From Candidatus Bathyarchaeia archaeon (GTDB taxonomy: Archaea; Thermoproteota; Bathyarchaeia; Bathyarchaeales; Bathycorpusculaceae), in NCBI GenBank assembly GCA_038882655.1, contig JAVZNT010000008.1:1-39438 (forward strand): a stretch of 39,438 nt of DNA, written 5' to 3'. Each line of letters begins with the position of its first letter. The stretch's first letter is position 1. The position numbers and the translations under genes are program-made. Of the stretch, positions 36,727 to 39,438 are shown one piece after another. Below the pieces are notes generated by a model, which saw nothing but the letters and a program-made list of their open reading frames with translations, searched no databases and had not been told where the DNA came from.

Positions 36727-37754
36727 ATGCCTAGAAGTATGCCTCCATGGGAGGTTGAACGCGAACTGGTTGTTAAGGCTGAGGGAGAAACAGACCTAAA
36801 ATATGGCTGTAACCCCGAAGAGCGCCCAGCAAAAGACTACATAAGATTCGGTGTCATAAACCTTGACAAGCCAGCTGGACCCACAAGTCACGAAGTAGCC
36901 GCATGGGTCAAACGCATATTGGGCCTACAGAACGTCGGTCATGGTGGGACCCTAGAAGCCTAAAAAGAGGCTGGGGAAACCCCAACGTGACCGGCGTTCT
37001 ACCAGTAACCCTAGAGGAGTCTAGGAAGATTGTTCAAGCCCTCCTTTTAAGCGGCAAAGAATACATCTGCATAATGAAGCTCCACGGAGATGTGAGCGAA
37101 ACACGCGTGAAGGATGTGCTGAAAGAATTTGAGGACACAATTTATCAGAGACCACCATTAAGGGCTTCTGTAAAGCGCCAACTCCGCACAAGACGCATCT
37201 ACTACATCGATTTCCTCGAAATGGATGAAAGAAACGTACTTTTTAAGGTTGGCTGCGAGGGCGGCACATACATTCGCAAATTATGCTTTGACATCGGCGA
37301 GGTTCTCGGCTGCGGGGCACACATGCAGGAACTACGCAGGACAAGGGCTGGACCCTTCGTTGAAGAAGACGGCATAGTGACACTGCATGATGTGGCTTAC
37401 TGGTTCATGGAATGGCGAAAGAGCGGAGAAGACGCGGTTCTGAAAAAGATTATTCAACCCATGGAGAAAGCCCTGGCACTAGTGCCAAAAATCTACGTTC
37501 GGGACTCGGCTGTTGACGCCATATGCCACGGAGCAAACCTAACTGCGCCGGGCGTTTTATCCCTTGAAACCGGAATAAGCGCTGGGTCTGTAGTGGCGAT
37601 ATTCACGCTAAAAGGCGAGGCGGTAGCCTTGGCAGTGGCTGAAGTATCCACAGAGGAGATCCTAAACATGGAACACGGCGTAGTCGCCAAAGTTAAGAGG
37701 GTTTTAATGCCTCGGGGAACTTATCCAAAATGTTGGAAAAGCGGCGAAATATAA
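36727..37754 (+). CDS. cbf5: H/ACA pseudouridine synthase Cbf5, intron-split: join(36727..36955,36979..37754), 334 aa
   Basis: LDKP.GPTSH; removing 23 nt restores GHGGTLDPNVTG; QRPP, GGTYIR, ELRR and PUA domain follow. Confidence 0.93.
36956..36978 (+). other. 23-nt BHB-type mRNA intron in cbf5
   Basis: Central helix CCCU/GGGG, bulges AGA and AAA, inner stem AGCCU/AGGCU; contains an in-frame TAA. Confidence 0.88.
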
Positions 37755-38374
37755 TGCCCAACGGCAAAAGCAGCCAACCCAACCACTATTTTGCGCCAAA
37801 GCCAAAATCGAAGCCGCAGTTTGGAATAATCCAAACAAGGTTGAGGGGGATGTCCTTCAAGTTTCTAACAGCCTCAGGAGTTTTCTCAAAAAAGCGTGTG
37901 GACTTGGGCACAAGACTATTAATAGAGGCTATGGTTCTCCCAGAAACTGGCTATATTTTGGACATGGGATGCGGCTATGGGGCTGTTGGAATCGCAGCCG
38001 CAAAACTTAACCCAAAACTTCACGTGGTTATGGTGGACGTAAATGAGAGAGCCATAAGACTTGCAAAACAAAACATTAGGCTAAACCATGTTTACAACGC
38101 CGAAGTAAAAAAGGGAACTCTATACCAGCCAGTCAAAGACACACTTTTTAATTGTATACTATCAAACCCGCCCGTAAGCGCCGGACTAGCCATGGTAAAA
38201 GCTATAATAACAGAAGCCACAAAACACATGGCTGAAAAGGCTACATTACAAATGGTTGTAAAGTCGAAAATCGGCGGAAAAAGGCTCCAACAAATCCTTG
38301 AAGAAGCCTTCGGCAACTGCACAATACTGGCAAGGGAAAGTGGCTATCGAGTACTAATGGCAGAGAAAAAATAA
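37754..38374 (+). CDS. RsmC-like class I SAM-dependent methyltransferase
   Basis: GVFS...VDLGTRLL, LDMGCGYG, SNPP; ATG overlaps the cbf5 stop (TAATG). Confidence 0.92.
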   Translation: MPNGKSSQPNHYFAPKPKSKPQFGIIQTRLRGMSFKFLTASGVFSKKRVDLGTRLLIEAMVLPETGYILDMGCGYGAVGIAAAKLNPKLHVVMVDVNERAIRLAKQNIRLNHVYNAEVKKGTLYQPVKDTLFNCILSNPPVSAGLAMVKAIITEATKHMAEKATLQMVVKSKIGGKRLQQILEEAFGNCTILARESGYRVLMAEKK

Positions 38375-38380
38375 AGCATC

Positions 38381-38617
38381 TCAGCCGACCAACCAATCTA
38401 CCACCCTCCTTGCAGGCGAAATTATGATTAAGGAAGTTGGGAAACTCACAGCAAAGCCAATCAAAAAGGATCGAAGCCACCGCACCGGAAAATCTGAAAC
38501 AAAACCCAAATTGATTAATGTCAAAACCAAAGACATAGCGAAAGACATACCAAGCGACATAAAAAATCCAAATAAAACATTTCTCAAATATTTCCCGCTA
38601 AACTTCAAAGGAAACAC
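38381..38617 (-). CDS. DUF2798-like small membrane protein
   Basis: F.FFMS..MS..MS.....N.G....F...WL.SF..GF....P pattern. Confidence 0.75.
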   Translation of the reverse strand: MFPLKFSGKYLRNVLFGFFMSLGMSFAMSLVLTLINLGFVSDFPVRWLRSFLIGFAVSFPTSLIIISPARRVVDWLVG

Positions 38618-38676
38618 CGGAAAAGGGATAATTATAAGACAAATAAATAAGCATTACAATATTAGCGCCAAAATAA

Positions 38677-38792
38677 GCCGGGGTCTCCTAGTCAGGTAGG
38701 GAGCAGGCCTGGAGACAAACCGCCTAAACGCCAAAATGCCACTAAGCCTGTGGCCCGAAAGGGCCGCGTGGGTTCAAATCCCACCCCCGGCG
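38677..38792 (+). tRNA. tRNA-Ser(GGA) with ~30-nt intron at 37/38 (38715-38744)
   Basis: Acceptor GCCGGGG/CCCCGGC, discriminator G, anticodon stem CAGGC/GCCTG, long variable arm GGCCCGAAAGGGCC, T-arm GTGGG-TTCAAAT-CCCAC. Confidence 0.88.
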
Positions 38793-39438
38793 CTTATGAT
38801 AAACCCACGCTCCTTCTATGGAAACCTAGGGTTTCCATCCCTTCCTCTGATGATGTTGTGAATTTTCTTTGGTATTGTCGTAAGTGTGGTTTGAGGGATT
38901 CAACGCTTGACGGTTTCGGTAGGATCTTGAAGCATTTAGCTAGGCATGTCAACCTTAATAATCCAGAACAGGTTTTGGGTTTCATTGCTTCCAAGAATGT
39001 TAGTGAAGCTCGAAAGGAAGTTTTGGTTAACTGTTATGCTAGGTATTGCAAATGGAAGGGTTTACCCTTCATTAAACCTAATTATCGCAGAGTCAAGAAG
39101 CTTCCCTACGTGCCTCTTGAGAATGAAGTGGATATGCTGGTTTCAGCTTTGCCTAAACGCTTGTCGGTTTTCTGTCAATTTATTAAAGAGACGGGTGCAC
39201 GTCCAGGAGAAGCTTGGAACATTAAATGGGTTGATGTTAACCCACAAACCAATACTGTGGCAATTAACAAACCAGAAAAGAACAGCAACCCAAGAATTGT
39301 TAAAGTTTCAAGCGGTTTAATATCACGCCTTTTCAGTTTGCCAAGACATACAGAATACGTTTTCAAGACAAACCCAAACGCTAAATTTAAAACCTTAGCG
39401 AGAAGATTCCAAGATTATAAAAGGCGAATTGCAAAAGA
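38768..39438 (+). mobile_element. Tyrosine integrase fragment read out of the tRNA-Ser 3' half (runs off window); left end of an integrated element
   Basis: Hand translation VGSNPTPGAYDK...FLWYCRKCG...NPEQVL...KLPYVPLENEVD...KETGARPGEA..IKW.D...PEKNSNPR is collinear with the 8785-10062 integrase. Confidence 0.88.

Noticed and set aside
36727-37754. cbf5 as a frameshifted pseudogene or two genes
   Set aside because: A well-formed BHB intron at the known position explains the break.
38946-39320. 124-aa ORF in the track
   Set aside because: Alternative frame of the integrase fragment; the real frame is unlisted because it runs off the window.

Overview
Archaeal chromosomal window, most likely Bathyarchaeia. 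The lineage is inferred from the TACK-type 16S tail, short PurA, Cren7-like proteins, split class I fumarase and Zn-ribbon tyrosine integrases. Most of it is housekeeping: the 3' end of an apparently unlinked 16S rRNA, Rqc2, an EMC6-like protein, radA, fumarase alpha/beta, Ard1, larA, pyrE, tbp, a NurA-HerA pair, the por operon, tRNA-Asn, purA, rpl14e, cbf5 and tRNA-Ser. Five things stand out. (1) A 2.5-kb integrase cassette (8782-11287) is bounded by a perfect 17-bp inverted repeat built from the integrase's own last codons; inverting it would put a TATA-like box in front of larA. (2) Inside that integrase gene is a structured segment with two tandem tRNA T-arm mimics, including a circularly permuted copy of part of the tRNA-Ser in this window. 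(3) A related integrase fragment is read in frame out of that tRNA-Ser, as in SSV-type split integrases. (4) cbf5 has a 23-nt bulge-helix-bulge intron in its catalytic Asp codon. (5) Several small genes are missing from the ORF track. All protein calls come from recognising motifs by eye; no database search was run.
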